Source: Candidatus Latescibacterota bacterium (GTDB taxonomy: Bacteria > Latescibacterota > UBA2968). From it: a stretch of 34,751 bases of DNA. Under the pieces are notes generated by a model. That model made no database searches. It saw only the letters and a list, made by a program, of their open reading frames with translations, and was not told the DNA's origin. Every line of letters begins with the position of its first letter. The stretch's first letter is position 1. The stretch covers positions 1 to 34,751 of the forward strand of contig JAYODI010000010.1 of NCBI GenBank assembly GCA_038279365.1, in the 5' to 3' direction. Below, piece after piece: positions 8,629 to 18,402 of this stretch. A program made the translations under genes and the position numbers.

Positions 8629-10368
8629 ATGCCACTGACTGTTATTCACTCCACCCATGAAGCCGTTCAAAAAGTAGGCGGTATAGGCACCGTTTTGGAT
8701 GGCCTATTGACATCGTCTGTATATCAAAAGGCGGTTCAGCGATCTATTTTGGTCGGGCCCTTGACACACCCGCGAGAAGCGATGGCTTTGGCAAACCAGG
8801 GTGAAGTTCTTTTTTCGTCTTTAGATGGTACTGGACAGGGGCGTGTTGCCAAATTGTTGGGTGCAGTAGAAGTTGCGCACAATGTCAATATGGTTTATGG
8901 AAAACGTCGATTTGGCAATGGGGCTGAGGCTGAAGTATTACTCATTGACGCTGGCGATGTCAACCCAAGAAAGATGCGCAATTTTAAGTATAATTTATAT
9001 CAGCATTTTGGTTTGGCTTCCGATCGATATGATCATGTCGATGATTATGCATTGTATGTGGATTGTGCCGAGGCCACTTACGATGCACTTGTTGCACTGT
9101 TGGGGCAATCAAAGGGCCCGCATGTTGTTTTGGGGCACGAATATATGGGCATGCCGCTTGTGCTGAAGACGTTGATGGTTAACGATCCTCGGTTTCGGGC
9201 GATTTTTTATGCCCATGAAGTGGCCACCATGCGTGGTATTGTCGAAAGTGCGCCAGGTCATGACACCATGTTCTATAACACATTGCGCACCTTTTTGGAA
9301 CAAGGCAGCGATGTTACGGCGGCTTTTGGTAATCAATCCGATAATTATCGGCACGCGCTGATAGAAAAAGCGCACCATTGTGACGGCATATTTGCAGTAG
9401 GTGACCCTGTTGTTGACGAATTAAAGTTTTTAGGGGAGGCATTTCAGGCTTATCCCATAGATTTGGTTTACAATGGTTTGCCAGCTGACAATATTGGATT
9501 TGATGAACGGTTGGCCGCTTGGAATCGCATGCGAAATTATTCGGCTCAGTTATTGGGAACCGCGCCGGATGTGGTGATGACTCATGTGACACGGCCCGTG
9601 GTGAGCAAGGGGTTGTGGCGAGATTTTCGCGTGTTGGAGCATTTGGATAATTTGATGGCGGCACAAAATCGCACTGGCGTATTTTTTGTTCTTACATCAG
9701 CGGCAGGAAAACGTTCTTATCAAGATATAGAATATATGGAACAAGCCTATGGATGGCCTCTGTCACACCGGTTGGGTGCGCCTGACTTGGTAGGCCCAGA
9801 AGCCGATATTTGGGCAAACATGGAGGCTTTTAACGGCCGGGCAAAAGCCATTCGAGCCATATTGGTAAATCAATTTGGTTGGGACCGCGCAAGTTGTGGC
9901 CAACGCATGTTAGAAGATATGACCTTTATGGATTTGCGTAAGGGAACGGATATTGAGTTTGGGCAGTCTATTTATGAACCATTTGGGATTGCCGTTTTAG
10001 AGCCTCTCGGATTTGGTGCTGTTTGTGTACCCAGTTCGGTATGTGGGTGTTGTGGCTTTTTGTCTCGTGTTACACAAGGGCAAGGGGCTCCAAATGTGGT
10101 TGTCAGTGATTATGTATCATTGGACAGTTGGAGTTTGTCAGATCCGCGTGCCATCGGGCTTGCAGAGAGAAACCATTTGGAGGCGGCACGTGGAGAATCG
10201 TTGGCTTGGGAAATTATGGGGCGATTGCCCAATTCTGATGAGGATCGTGCGTTGCTTTTGGAAAATGGACTTGCATTGGCAGAACAAATGAGTTGGGATG
10301 CTGTTTGTCGCGACTATTTTTTGCCGGGCATACAACGGGCAATCAATCGAAGAAGTGGAAACGATTAA
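8629..10368 (+). CDS. GT3-like glycogen synthase / glycosyltransferase
   Basis: HEAVQKVGGIGTV (cf. GT3 EVxxKVGGIYTV), GHEY, SKG, SIYEPFGIAVLE (E-X7-E). Confidence 0.75.
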   Translation: MPLTVIHSTHEAVQKVGGIGTVLDGLLTSSVYQKAVQRSILVGPLTHPREAMALANQGEVLFSSLDGTGQGRVAKLLGAVEVAHNVNMVYGKRRFGNGAEAEVLLIDAGDVNPRKMRNFKYNLYQHFGLASDRYDHVDDYALYVDCAEATYDALVALLGQSKGPHVVLGHEYMGMPLVLKTLMVNDPRFRAIFYAHEVATMRGIVESAPGHDTMFYNTLRTFLEQGSDVTAAFGNQSDNYRHALIEKAHHCDGIFAVGDPVVDELKFLGEAFQAYPIDLVYNGLPADNIGFDERLAAWNRMRNYSAQLLGTAPDVVMTHVTRPVVSKGLWRDFRVLEHLDNLMAAQNRTGVFFVLTSAAGKRSYQDIEYMEQAYGWPLSHRLGAPDLVGPEADIWANMEAFNGRAKAIRAILVNQFGWDRASCGQRMLEDMTFMDLRKGTDIEFGQSIYEPFGIAVLEPLGFGAVCVPSSVCGCCGFLSRVTQGQGAPNVVVSDYVSLDSWSLSDPRAIGLAERNHLEAARGESLAWEIMGRLPNSDEDRALLLENGLALAEQMSWDAVCRDYFLPGIQRAINRRSGND

Positions 10369-10456
10369 GAAACTCATGCGTTTAATTGGCACGAATGGTT
10401 TAAAGCGGGTTGTTTTGGGGTGGGTCATTGGGTTTTATGCAATAGAAAGGGTGTTC

Positions 10457-11626
10457 ATGCATCGGTTTACGGGTTTGTTGGTGATGTTGTGTGTATTTCT
10501 GCTGGGGTGCAGTACAGACAAAAGCAACCCTGCAGGGAGTGCTTTTGTAGATCGCAATCCTGGCGGTGTTGTAACTGTTCCGCCAATATCTAACCAGTCG
10601 GGTTCTTCTTTTTTGGAAGTCATAACGCCCATTATATTGGGGCAGCGGGAAGAGATTTTGATTGGACAAATGAATGGCATGCAATTTCAAAGCCTTTTCA
10701 GGTTTCGCGTTCCTGTCGATTCTTTGGCCAAGCTGGCCAATGGTGTTGCCGCCGACTTTGTTGCCGATGGCATTTCAATTTCACTGGGTCTGCGAGCCAA
10801 GCGGTTGGTCGATCAAACCCAAGTCGTGGTCTTAAAGCCCAACCAAGGGTGGCACGAAATTCAGTCATTTGTTGATTCTTTGACCCTTACCGAACGGGCT
10901 TTTCCTGTCTCATTAATTCCAGGAGCAACGGGTAGCGTGGTTGGTGATTCGACACTTGTGGTCAATTTGCCAGTGTCTTATTTGGATGCCGCCCGGGTGG
11001 GAAATGCCACTGCGCCACAAATTGATTTCATGGTGGCCCCCGATGGCATCAATGATTTTTTATTGGATGTGGTGTCACGTGAAGGCCAAACGATTGTGGC
11101 TTTGGGTCGGCAACCTCAGCTTGTCATCCCATATCGGGTGGGGAGCAACGTAGATACGTTTCGGGTGGGTGCAATGGCCGATACGTATTGGGGGCGTCGG
11201 GTAGATGGTGGGCCTAAGAAAGATCATTTGCTTGTATCTAAGGGGACTTTTTATAGCTCAATACTCAATTTTGCCATGCCAACAGATATTCCAAGAGGCG
11301 TAACTGTTAATTCGGCACAGTTGGAATTGGATCTGGATTTGGATCGGTCATATTTTACTGCTTTCCCATTTGAAATGTATCATGTAGAATTTCAGACATC
11401 TCCGCAGGATACCATTTACACACTGTATAACACCCAAACCGAGGTGAACCCAACGGCAACGGTTAAGTTTGTATTTAACCAATCACTGGTTCAGGCTTGG
11501 CTTTCGGGAAGACAGGTTAATCAGGGTGTGGCCATACGTGCTGTGGGGTCACCCGTTGACTTTACGTGGTTGGTCGTGCGTGATGCGCGTTTAAATATTA
11601 TTTATTCAACTCCGCCAGAGCTATAA
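10457..11626 (+). CDS. hypothetical beta-rich lipoprotein (possibly DUF4270-like)
   Basis: Lipobox LLGC after MHRFTG..; 'TVNSAQLEL..QAWLSG..NQG..IIYS' C-terminus. The track's 10298 start overlaps the upstream gene. Confidence 0.6.
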   Translation: MHRFTGLLVMLCVFLLGCSTDKSNPAGSAFVDRNPGGVVTVPPISNQSGSSFLEVITPIILGQREEILIGQMNGMQFQSLFRFRVPVDSLAKLANGVAADFVADGISISLGLRAKRLVDQTQVVVLKPNQGWHEIQSFVDSLTLTERAFPVSLIPGATGSVVGDSTLVVNLPVSYLDAARVGNATAPQIDFMVAPDGINDFLLDVVSREGQTIVALGRQPQLVIPYRVGSNVDTFRVGAMADTYWGRRVDGGPKKDHLLVSKGTFYSSILNFAMPTDIPRGVTVNSAQLELDLDLDRSYFTAFPFEMYHVEFQTSPQDTIYTLYNTQTEVNPTATVKFVFNQSLVQAWLSGRQVNQGVAIRAVGSPVDFTWLVVRDARLNIIYSTPPEL

Positions 11627-11660
11627 GGCCATGCATTTTATCAAAGGACTTGTTTTGAAG

Positions 11661-12833
11661 ATGAAGCGTTTTAAGAATTGTGTGTGGGTTGTTTTGTTTG
11701 GTATGGTATGTGTTTCAGATGTGCCTGCCAATACGATTTTTTCATTTCATGGTTTGGGCAATTCGACACGACGAATAGATGCGCGTGCCCGAGCAATGGG
11801 GGGGGCGGGGCGATCATTGGTTGATGGTTTTAATTTTTCAACGAATAATCCCGCACTGTTGGCTGGTTTTCGAAAATCTTCAATGAGTGCGCAGTTTATT
11901 TCTCAAAGGCGAGACATTTCGGGGTTGGGTTCTATCAATGACGGCGATTTGGGCGGATTCCACATCGTTGTGCCATTTCACAACGGAACCGTGTTTGGGG
12001 TTGGATTAGATCCTCTTACAGACATGGATTTTGCCGCAATTGATACGGTTGGGTCTGGTGCTTTGGGATATCAAATGGCATTGGATGCATCTGGTGGTAT
12101 TCAGGCTGTTTCTTTTGGTTTGGCGCACCATTTTGGGCAGAAGTTTTATGCTGGTGTGCGTGTTGATTTGATCGCGTTGGGCACCTTTAATGAGCAATGG
12201 GCAAAGACTTTTTTTGGCCAGAATATCTTTTTTTCAAGTGACAATGTTACACGTACGCACAGAGGATGGATTCCTGCTGTTGGCATGGTTTATACACCTT
12301 CTGCAAAATGGAGTTTGGGAGGCAATGTTCAGATAGGCCGAGAGATTCGCCAGCGTACCATATTAACGACCCGTTTTGTAGCGGTTAATGCGGATTCCGA
12401 CATTGAAACAAAAAAACAGGTTAAATTGCCAACACTTGTAGGAGGTGGGGTGTCTTATTTGGCTGGGTATCGTTGGTTGGCGGCCTTAGATGTGGAGCGT
12501 GGTTTGTGGAGCAAAACTGAAGTTGGGCGCTTTAATACTTGGGATTTGAGTGCAGGTGTTTTGGTTCGCACTGGCAATCCTGATTTGTTAACGCGCAGCC
12601 GTCGGTGGGAGCTTAATGCCGGTTTGCATTATCGGTCGTTGTATTTTCCAACTGTGAGTGGAAAGCAAATTGGAGAAGTGGGTGCTAGCCTTGGTTTGGC
12701 CATTCCCTTTAAAAATCAAAGTGGCCGTTTTCGATATGTTTTGGAAGTGGGGTCACGGGGTAATCAAAAAGATCACGGTGTTTCTGAAAAGTACATTCAA
12801 CAATCGTTTTCTGTAAGTGGTTTCTTTCAGTAA
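11661..12833 (+). CDS. outer-membrane beta-barrel protein (FadL/PorV-like)
   Basis: Signal peptide; DARARAMGGAG..NNPALL plug motif; amphipathic beta strands; aromatic C-terminus. Confidence 0.7.
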   Translation: MKRFKNCVWVVLFGMVCVSDVPANTIFSFHGLGNSTRRIDARARAMGGAGRSLVDGFNFSTNNPALLAGFRKSSMSAQFISQRRDISGLGSINDGDLGGFHIVVPFHNGTVFGVGLDPLTDMDFAAIDTVGSGALGYQMALDASGGIQAVSFGLAHHFGQKFYAGVRVDLIALGTFNEQWAKTFFGQNIFFSSDNVTRTHRGWIPAVGMVYTPSAKWSLGGNVQIGREIRQRTILTTRFVAVNADSDIETKKQVKLPTLVGGGVSYLAGYRWLAALDVERGLWSKTEVGRFNTWDLSAGVLVRTGNPDLLTRSRRWELNAGLHYRSLYFPTVSGKQIGEVGASLGLAIPFKNQSGRFRYVLEVGSRGNQKDHGVSEKYIQQSFSVSGFFQ

Positions 12834-12861
12834 TATTTAAGACTGTCGGCCAGATTGACCA

Positions 12862-14049
12862 TTAAAAGACTCGCCTCGGCCTATGATTGGCCAGTGGGTC
12901 TTTTTTTATTTTTGTCCACATTAGTGTGATGGCAGGATAAATAAGCGCAAGTAGCATAAATATGATCAAGACTGCGGCATGTAATGTTCCTGTGGGGGAA
13001 AATAGGGGAGAAGGAATGGTGTGGAGGCATAAAAGAACGACAAAGCCTTGAGGAATTAATGGCAGCCAAGTTTTGGGTGAGAAACTAAAAAAGTGCTGTG
13101 CAAGAAGGCCACCTATAATTTTGCTTATTAACAAAATGAATAAATAAAAGCTGAGTTTGGTAAAGGGTGTAAAATCTAAGGGGTGTGGGCTTGTTTGAAA
13201 AACTTCAAGGGCAAAAGATATAAGCACAAATGAGAGAATCGCATCCGATAGTGAAGGCGCATGCAAAAGTGGCAGATGCACATTGCGAAAACTAAAATAA
13301 ACACCTGCAGGGAGTGCTAAGAAAAATGGCGATATTTCTCTCGTATAACATGTTAATGCCAACAAATAAGCCAATATAATGAGCGTGATATGATGTGCGA
13401 TTTGGGTATTTACCAGGCGGCAAATTTGAACAGCTGCTTCCAAGAGAACAACATAAAGAAGGACATCTATGCATATGTCTAAAACCGGCTCGTTACCAAA
13501 AAAAGATGTCATGTTCAAACCAAACACCATCCAAAACAAGGCACCCAAAAATGTGGTTATTTTACATAATGGGATGATTTCGCCACTCATTTTGAGGTTG
13601 GGGGGAAGAAAAAGCAATAAGGATGTGCCCGCTAAAAATGAGAGGGGCAAAGCCGCTGATAGCGGAATGGCCTGAAACAAAAAAAAGGCCAGTGTGAATA
13701 CGACGGGTGGGATATAAAGACAAATGACACCTTTGTAGAGCCTGGTATTGGTCAGTATTTTGGGTGTGATGCCTGCGCTTAGATAAAAGCCTGCCCAGGC
13801 AATGGCAAAATCGTAAACATGGTGTGTTTGTTTTAAGGACTCAAGGGATATGATGTTTGAGATACCTAAAATGATTCCCCCAGTAAGTGCACCCAATAGA
13901 CTGGGTAATCCCAAACGTCTGAAAAGACGGGTAAGTGTAAGCCCCGTCAATGTCATAAAACCAATAAGTGTGAGCAGATTGGGAGGTGTTTGTTGGGATG
14001 TTTGCCAAAGGATGGCACCCAAACAGAGACAAATCATGATCATCCGCAT
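12862..14049 (-). CDS. polytopic membrane protein, cation:proton antiporter-like
   Basis: About 12 hydrophobic segments; LGLPSLLGALTGGIILG, SKIIG and LIPQG resemble CPA2 motifs. Confidence 0.55.
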   Translation of the reverse strand: MRMIMICLCLGAILWQTSQQTPPNLLTLIGFMTLTGLTLTRLFRRLGLPSLLGALTGGIILGISNIISLESLKQTHHVYDFAIAWAGFYLSAGITPKILTNTRLYKGVICLYIPPVVFTLAFFLFQAIPLSAALPLSFLAGTSLLLFLPPNLKMSGEIIPLCKITTFLGALFWMVFGLNMTSFFGNEPVLDICIDVLLYVVLLEAAVQICRLVNTQIAHHITLIILAYLLALTCYTREISPFFLALPAGVYFSFRNVHLPLLHAPSLSDAILSFVLISFALEVFQTSPHPLDFTPFTKLSFYLFILLISKIIGGLLAQHFFSFSPKTWLPLIPQGFVVLLCLHTIPSPLFSPTGTLHAAVLIIFMLLALIYPAITLMWTKIKKDPLANHRPRRVF

Positions 14050-14055
14050 GGTTGT

Positions 14056-15297
14056 TTAGTCTTTCTGTAGTGTAGCAACTGCATTTTTGGTAGGTTGCTT
14101 ATGAGGCGGGAAGAGGGTTATTTGGCTGATGACAACTGCCCCGAGCAATCCTGCAATGAGTGTGTTGTGGCTGAGTTCCAATAAAAACAAAGCTTGCACG
14201 GCAATGGCCACAGATAACGTGCCCAACGGTCGAGCACTTAATTCAAGGGTGTCTCGCCAGGTTTCGGGTACGTGCCAAAGATATTGTGAGACCGAATACC
14301 CCAGCGTTCGCCCCATAGATCTTACAATCAAAATCATCGCAATAAGAGGTAAGAGGGGAGGCCATTTAAAAAAGGTATCACCACCATACCCGCCAATGAG
14401 CGTGCCAACAAACAGATAAAATAAGGGGATAAGGCCTGAATCTACGCGCGCAAGGGCTTCTAAAAGACTTCGTTTGGCAACGGTTGTATTGATAAGCCAA
14501 ACCCCAGCAATAAAGCCGATGGATAGCGCTGGTAGTTTCCAGTTGTTCCCTAAGCCTGCAAAAAAAATTAAAATACAACAGGCTATTGCCATGCCTGTTG
14601 ATGGATTTCTGTGTGCTCTTAATGCAAAATCGAGACACATGCCACTCACAACACCCAATATACAAATTAGGGCAAACAGGTGCGTTCCCCCGACAAAGGA
14701 AAATGAGCCGAGAATAAAGGATTGATATGGGGAAAGTATGGGAAAGCAGAAGGTTAACAATAACAATGCGACCATATTGTGTATGGGAAGGGTGGGGGTC
14801 GGATCGGGTGTGGGGGGTATCAATTTACCACGCCAGCGAAAAGTAGGTTCTGGGAATCTTGCAGATAATACAAAACAGGTGCATAAGAGTGTGGCCAAGG
14901 GAAGGTGAGAAATGAGCCCAAGATGTAGGAATAGAACGGAACCGCTGGCCAAAATTGAAAGGATTGCAAAGCTGGAAATGAGGCTCGCACTGGCAATTTG
15001 GCCCCAAATGATGGGCCAAGGGGCTCTGCGCAATTGTCGCAGGCTGAATTCTAAACCTAATAAAAGCCCAAACCAAATAAGGCTTATGTTGAGAACGCCT
15101 TGTCGAACCGCATCTAACGCGCGGTAAGTGGCGTCTGTTTCTGGGAACAGCAATCCCGCACAGATTCCGATAGCAAGAAATGCAACTTTGCCATGCCTGA
15201 GACTGTCTAAATGGGGCAATAGAGGGCGAATGTGAAATTGGTGGCTGCCAAAAATAAAAAAGGCGACCCCCAAAAAAATAAAGGTAAGATATTCCAT
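14056..15297 (-). CDS. polytopic membrane protein, cation:proton antiporter-like
   Basis: About 12 TM segments; FLAIGICAG, GLLLGLEF, RSMGR, PLGTLSVAIA. Confidence 0.55.
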   Translation of the reverse strand: MEYLTFIFLGVAFFIFGSHQFHIRPLLPHLDSLRHGKVAFLAIGICAGLLFPETDATYRALDAVRQGVLNISLIWFGLLLGLEFSLRQLRRAPWPIIWGQIASASLISSFAILSILASGSVLFLHLGLISHLPLATLLCTCFVLSARFPEPTFRWRGKLIPPTPDPTPTLPIHNMVALLLLTFCFPILSPYQSFILGSFSFVGGTHLFALICILGVVSGMCLDFALRAHRNPSTGMAIACCILIFFAGLGNNWKLPALSIGFIAGVWLINTTVAKRSLLEALARVDSGLIPLFYLFVGTLIGGYGGDTFFKWPPLLPLIAMILIVRSMGRTLGYSVSQYLWHVPETWRDTLELSARPLGTLSVAIAVQALFLLELSHNTLIAGLLGAVVISQITLFPPHKQPTKNAVATLQKD

Positions 15298-15351
15298 AAT
15301 ATGAATTTGAGTTTTTTTATGGTTTACTTTTTCAAATTTGGATGCGGAGTG

Positions 15352-15380
15352 AGTATACTGTGTGGGACAAACTTCGTCAA
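15352..15380 (-). promoter_or_regulatory. sigma70 promoter of antiporter-like pair
   Basis: On the - strand: TTGACG, 17 bp spacer, TATACT. Confidence 0.7.
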
Positions 15381-15401
15381 GCAGGAACCCAGGTGGCAGA
15401 C

Positions 15402-15430
15402 TTGACAGGGTGTGTGATTTGGTTTATATT
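15402..15430 (+). promoter_or_regulatory. sigma70 promoter of small-protein/rsbW/hpf/hprK operon
   Basis: TTGACA, 17 bp spacer, TATATT. Confidence 0.75.
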
Positions 15431-15469
15431 GCTTTTCGTCAAACTGCCTAATTATTTTGAGGTTAAGGC

Positions 15470-15643
15470 ATGGCCAAACGTCCTTTTGTAGGTGTTATGT
15501 TTCGGTGTTGCAAGGTCTATGGACGCGCGTATCTAACCGCTGACAAACAAAGGTTTGAAGCGCGCTGCCCTCAGTGTTATCAATTGGTTACTCTGAGGGT
15601 TTCTTCACAAGGCAGCAATAGCCGTTTTTTTTGTGTTGGTTAA
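15470..15643 (+). CDS. 57-aa Cys-rich putative zinc-ribbon protein
   Basis: Below the ORF-track cutoff: MAKRPFVGVMFRCCKVYGRAYLTADKQRFEARCPQCYQLVTLRVSSQGSNSRFFCVG*. RBS GAGGT; fills the gap between the promoter and the rsbW-like gene. Confidence 0.75.
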   Translation: MAKRPFVGVMFRCCKVYGRAYLTADKQRFEARCPQCYQLVTLRVSSQGSNSRFFCVG

Positions 15644-15658
15644 TATCTTGGAGGTGCC

Positions 15659-16093
15659 ATGGGCAACACCACCAAAATGTATGAACTGACGTGCACGGGG
15701 ACATTTGACAACATCAACTCGTTTGCATCGCTTGTTGAACGTGCCTCTCAAGAAATGCATTTATCAGAAGATGAAGAAGTAGATTTGATGATTGCTGTGA
15801 TGGAAGCTGTAAACAATGCCATATTACATGGCAATCATGAAGATACAGATAAAAATATTCACATGAAAATAGAAGCCCTACCTTCTTCCATAACGGTATG
15901 GATACAAGATGAAGGTGGTGGCTTTTTTGTAGATAAAGTACCCAATCCATTAGAACCGGACAATGTGATGAATACGTCTGGTCGAGGCATTCTGATGATG
16001 CAAGCCTTCATGGATGACGTCAAGATTATGTCAACGGATACGGGTACTGTTGTTAAAATGACAAAAGAGTTCTCCACAAAATCATCAGCTTGA
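15659..16093 (+). CDS. RsbW/SpoIIAB-like anti-sigma factor / Ser kinase
   Basis: EAVNNAILHG, IQDEGGGF, SGRGILMMQAFMD, GTVV. Confidence 0.9.
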   Translation: MGNTTKMYELTCTGTFDNINSFASLVERASQEMHLSEDEEVDLMIAVMEAVNNAILHGNHEDTDKNIHMKIEALPSSITVWIQDEGGGFFVDKVPNPLEPDNVMNTSGRGILMMQAFMDDVKIMSTDTGTVVKMTKEFSTKSSA

Positions 16094-16103
16094 GGAGTTG
16101 GTC

Positions 16104-16433
16104 ATGCAAGTTTTTATTGAAGGACATCATTTTCAAATAACCGATGCTGCGCGTGCATATACCCAGTCTGCCATTGAAAAAATTGAACGTTTTTATTCTC
16201 CCATTATTGATTGCCATGTTACACTGACCCACGAAAATGATCTATATCGTGCCGATATGATTACGCGAGTACAAGGACAAACGCTTAAATCTTCAGATCA
16301 TGACGTAAAGCTCTACAAGGCTGTGGACGAGGCAGTTGAAAAAATGTCTCGTCAACTTCGTAAGTTACATGACAAGCGCCGTGATTATCGGCCAGCACCA
16401 CAAGTAGAAAGCAACATCACGACTGGAGAATGA
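16104..16433 (+). CDS. hpf: ribosome hibernation promoting factor (short HPF/RaiA)
   Basis: GHHFQITDA..KIERF..LYKAVDEAVEKMSRQLRK; ATG 6 nt after GAGGAG. Confidence 0.9.
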   Translation: MQVFIEGHHFQITDAARAYTQSAIEKIERFYSPIIDCHVTLTHENDLYRADMITRVQGQTLKSSDHDVKLYKAVDEAVEKMSRQLRKLHDKRRDYRPAPQVESNITTGE

Positions 16434-16434
16434 C

Positions 16435-17406
16435 GTGAATCAAATTTCGGTTGGGGATGCCTTTCAAGCCTATGGCGAAAGCATGGCGCTTGAGCTGCTG
16501 GCTGGGCAGGGTGGATTGGGCAATTTGCTTACCACGAGTGATGTGCATCGACCTGGGTTGGCTTTGGCGGGGTTTGTGGGGTTGTTTACCTATGATCGGG
16601 TGCAAGTGCTTGGCAATACAGAAATGCTTTACTTGGTCAGTCACGAGCGCGAAAAGAGATTCGAAATTTTAGAAACTGTTTTTCAATTTGACATTCCCTG
16701 CATGGTTGTTACAGATGGCAATGAAGTTTTGCCCAGTATGATTGAACTGGCCAACCGACACCAAATTCCACTGCTGAAAACGCCTTATTCCACGACCAAA
16801 TTTGCCCACCTCTTTTCTTTTCATCTCGATGATGTTTTTGCTCCGCGCACAGCCATTCACGGTTCATTGGTAGATGTGTATGGTATTGGTTTGTTGTTTT
16901 CAGGACGAAGCGGTATTGGCAAAAGTGAAATTGCCATTGATCTTGTGGAGCGTGGCCATCGTTTAGTTGCAGATGATGTGGTTCTTGTTTCACGCAAAAT
17001 GCAAGGCATTATTGTGGGCAGCAGCGGTGAAACGCTTCGAGATCATATGGAAATAAGAGGTTTGGGTATTTTGAATGTGCGGAATATGTTCGGTGTGCGG
17101 GCAGTTCGCCTTCAAAAACGAATTGAAGTGGTCGTTAAACTTGTTGAATGGGATGAATCGGCTACGTATGATCGCATTGGCTTAGATGAAGATTGGGCAT
17201 CTATCTTAGATGTGGAAGTGCCGCAAGTGACGGTGCCTATTTATCCTGGGAAAAATATAACTGTTATTGCTGAAACGATTGCCTTGAATTATCAGTTAAA
17301 GATTCAGGGGTATAATACCGCACAAGAATTCAATCGGCGTTTGGTTGAACAAATGAAACAGAAACGGCGCCGAGATGATGTTTCTATTCGTGCCGATGTA
17401 GAGTAA
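16435..17406 (+). CDS. hprK: HPr kinase/phosphorylase
   Basis: HRPGLALAG, HGSLVDVYG, GRSGIGKSE, GHRLVADD, MEIRGLGI. Confidence 0.97.
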   Translation: MNQISVGDAFQAYGESMALELLAGQGGLGNLLTTSDVHRPGLALAGFVGLFTYDRVQVLGNTEMLYLVSHEREKRFEILETVFQFDIPCMVVTDGNEVLPSMIELANRHQIPLLKTPYSTTKFAHLFSFHLDDVFAPRTAIHGSLVDVYGIGLLFSGRSGIGKSEIAIDLVERGHRLVADDVVLVSRKMQGIIVGSSGETLRDHMEIRGLGILNVRNMFGVRAVRLQKRIEVVVKLVEWDESATYDRIGLDEDWASILDVEVPQVTVPIYPGKNITVIAETIALNYQLKIQGYNTAQEFNRRLVEQMKQKRRRDDVSIRADVE

Positions 17407-17421
17407 CTGGAGGAGGTGCAG

Positions 17422-18357
17422 ATGATGGTGAAACGTTTTGTATGGGGATTTTTGTGTTGTGTTTTGTTGGCTGGATGTGCCGCAGATAAAACATCTGAAC
17501 AGCAAGCGGAACGCATGATGATTACAGCACGCGATTTAGAAGATGGTATGGATACGTTGCCCAATGCCATTGCTCGTTATGCAGAAATTGTGGCCAAATA
17601 CCCTAAAACAGAGGCAGCCAAAAGTGCCAGCAACCGACAAGATCAACTCTTAAAGATTCAGGAGATGTTTGCCAACGGCGTGCCAGCAGATCAAGACAGT
17701 CTGGTTGCTTTTTATGAACAGGCCGTCACTGTCGCGCCGGGATATTTTGCACTGTTGAAGAAATTGGGGACCATTTACTTTAACCAAACCACGCTTCTTA
17801 ACCCTTCGGCCGTTAAAACGCGTTTTGCTGGCTACAAAGATGAATCTGTGGTGGTTTGGGAAAAACAAGACAAATTGTGGCAAACATATAACTTTCGGCC
17901 TTTGCCTTCTGATCGTTTGTGGCAAGACAACTTGTGTCGCCAAGCCATAGATGTGGCTGAAATGCTCATTAATAAAGAATTTTCAGAATTTGATCGTGCG
18001 GCCAATGTGCTCAACCGAGGTTTGCATTATGGCAACAGTGAAGATGTGCGTGCCAAAGCAAAAGTGGTGGCTGGATTTTGCGCATTTCGAAAAGGTAAAA
18101 AAGAAAACTTAGAAGAAGGCATTGCCTTTTCCAAAGAAGCTTTAGATTACGAATTCTTGGCAGACAGTGATCGGGCACGTGCATACCATGTGATGGGGTT
18201 GTGTTATACCTATTTGCATCAAGAATCAGGTGAAATGGCTGATTTGGATGCTGCTATTAAAGCGTTAAACGAATGTGTAAACATAGATGGCAGCATGACG
18301 GATGCGCGAGATTTATTAAAAAATTTGCGACAAGCACGTGAAAAATTGCCAAGTTAA
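17422..18357 (+). CDS. TPR-repeat lipoprotein
   Basis: Lipobox LAGC; helical TPR-like repeats (AYHVMGLCY, IVAKYPKTEAA). Confidence 0.7.
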   Translation: MMVKRFVWGFLCCVLLAGCAADKTSEQQAERMMITARDLEDGMDTLPNAIARYAEIVAKYPKTEAAKSASNRQDQLLKIQEMFANGVPADQDSLVAFYEQAVTVAPGYFALLKKLGTIYFNQTTLLNPSAVKTRFAGYKDESVVVWEKQDKLWQTYNFRPLPSDRLWQDNLCRQAIDVAEMLINKEFSEFDRAANVLNRGLHYGNSEDVRAKAKVVAGFCAFRKGKKENLEEGIAFSKEALDYEFLADSDRARAYHVMGLCYTYLHQESGEMADLDAAIKALNECVNIDGSMTDARDLLKNLRQAREKLPS

Positions 18358-18402
18358 TGGGGTTTCACATTGCCATAAGATGTCATCCTGAATGGGGGGG
18401 GC

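Noticed and set aside
10298-10456. Long N-terminal extensions in the ORF track (also at 5542, 18969, 24611, 24618)
   Set aside because: Downstream starts fit signal peptides, RBSs and family N-termini better.
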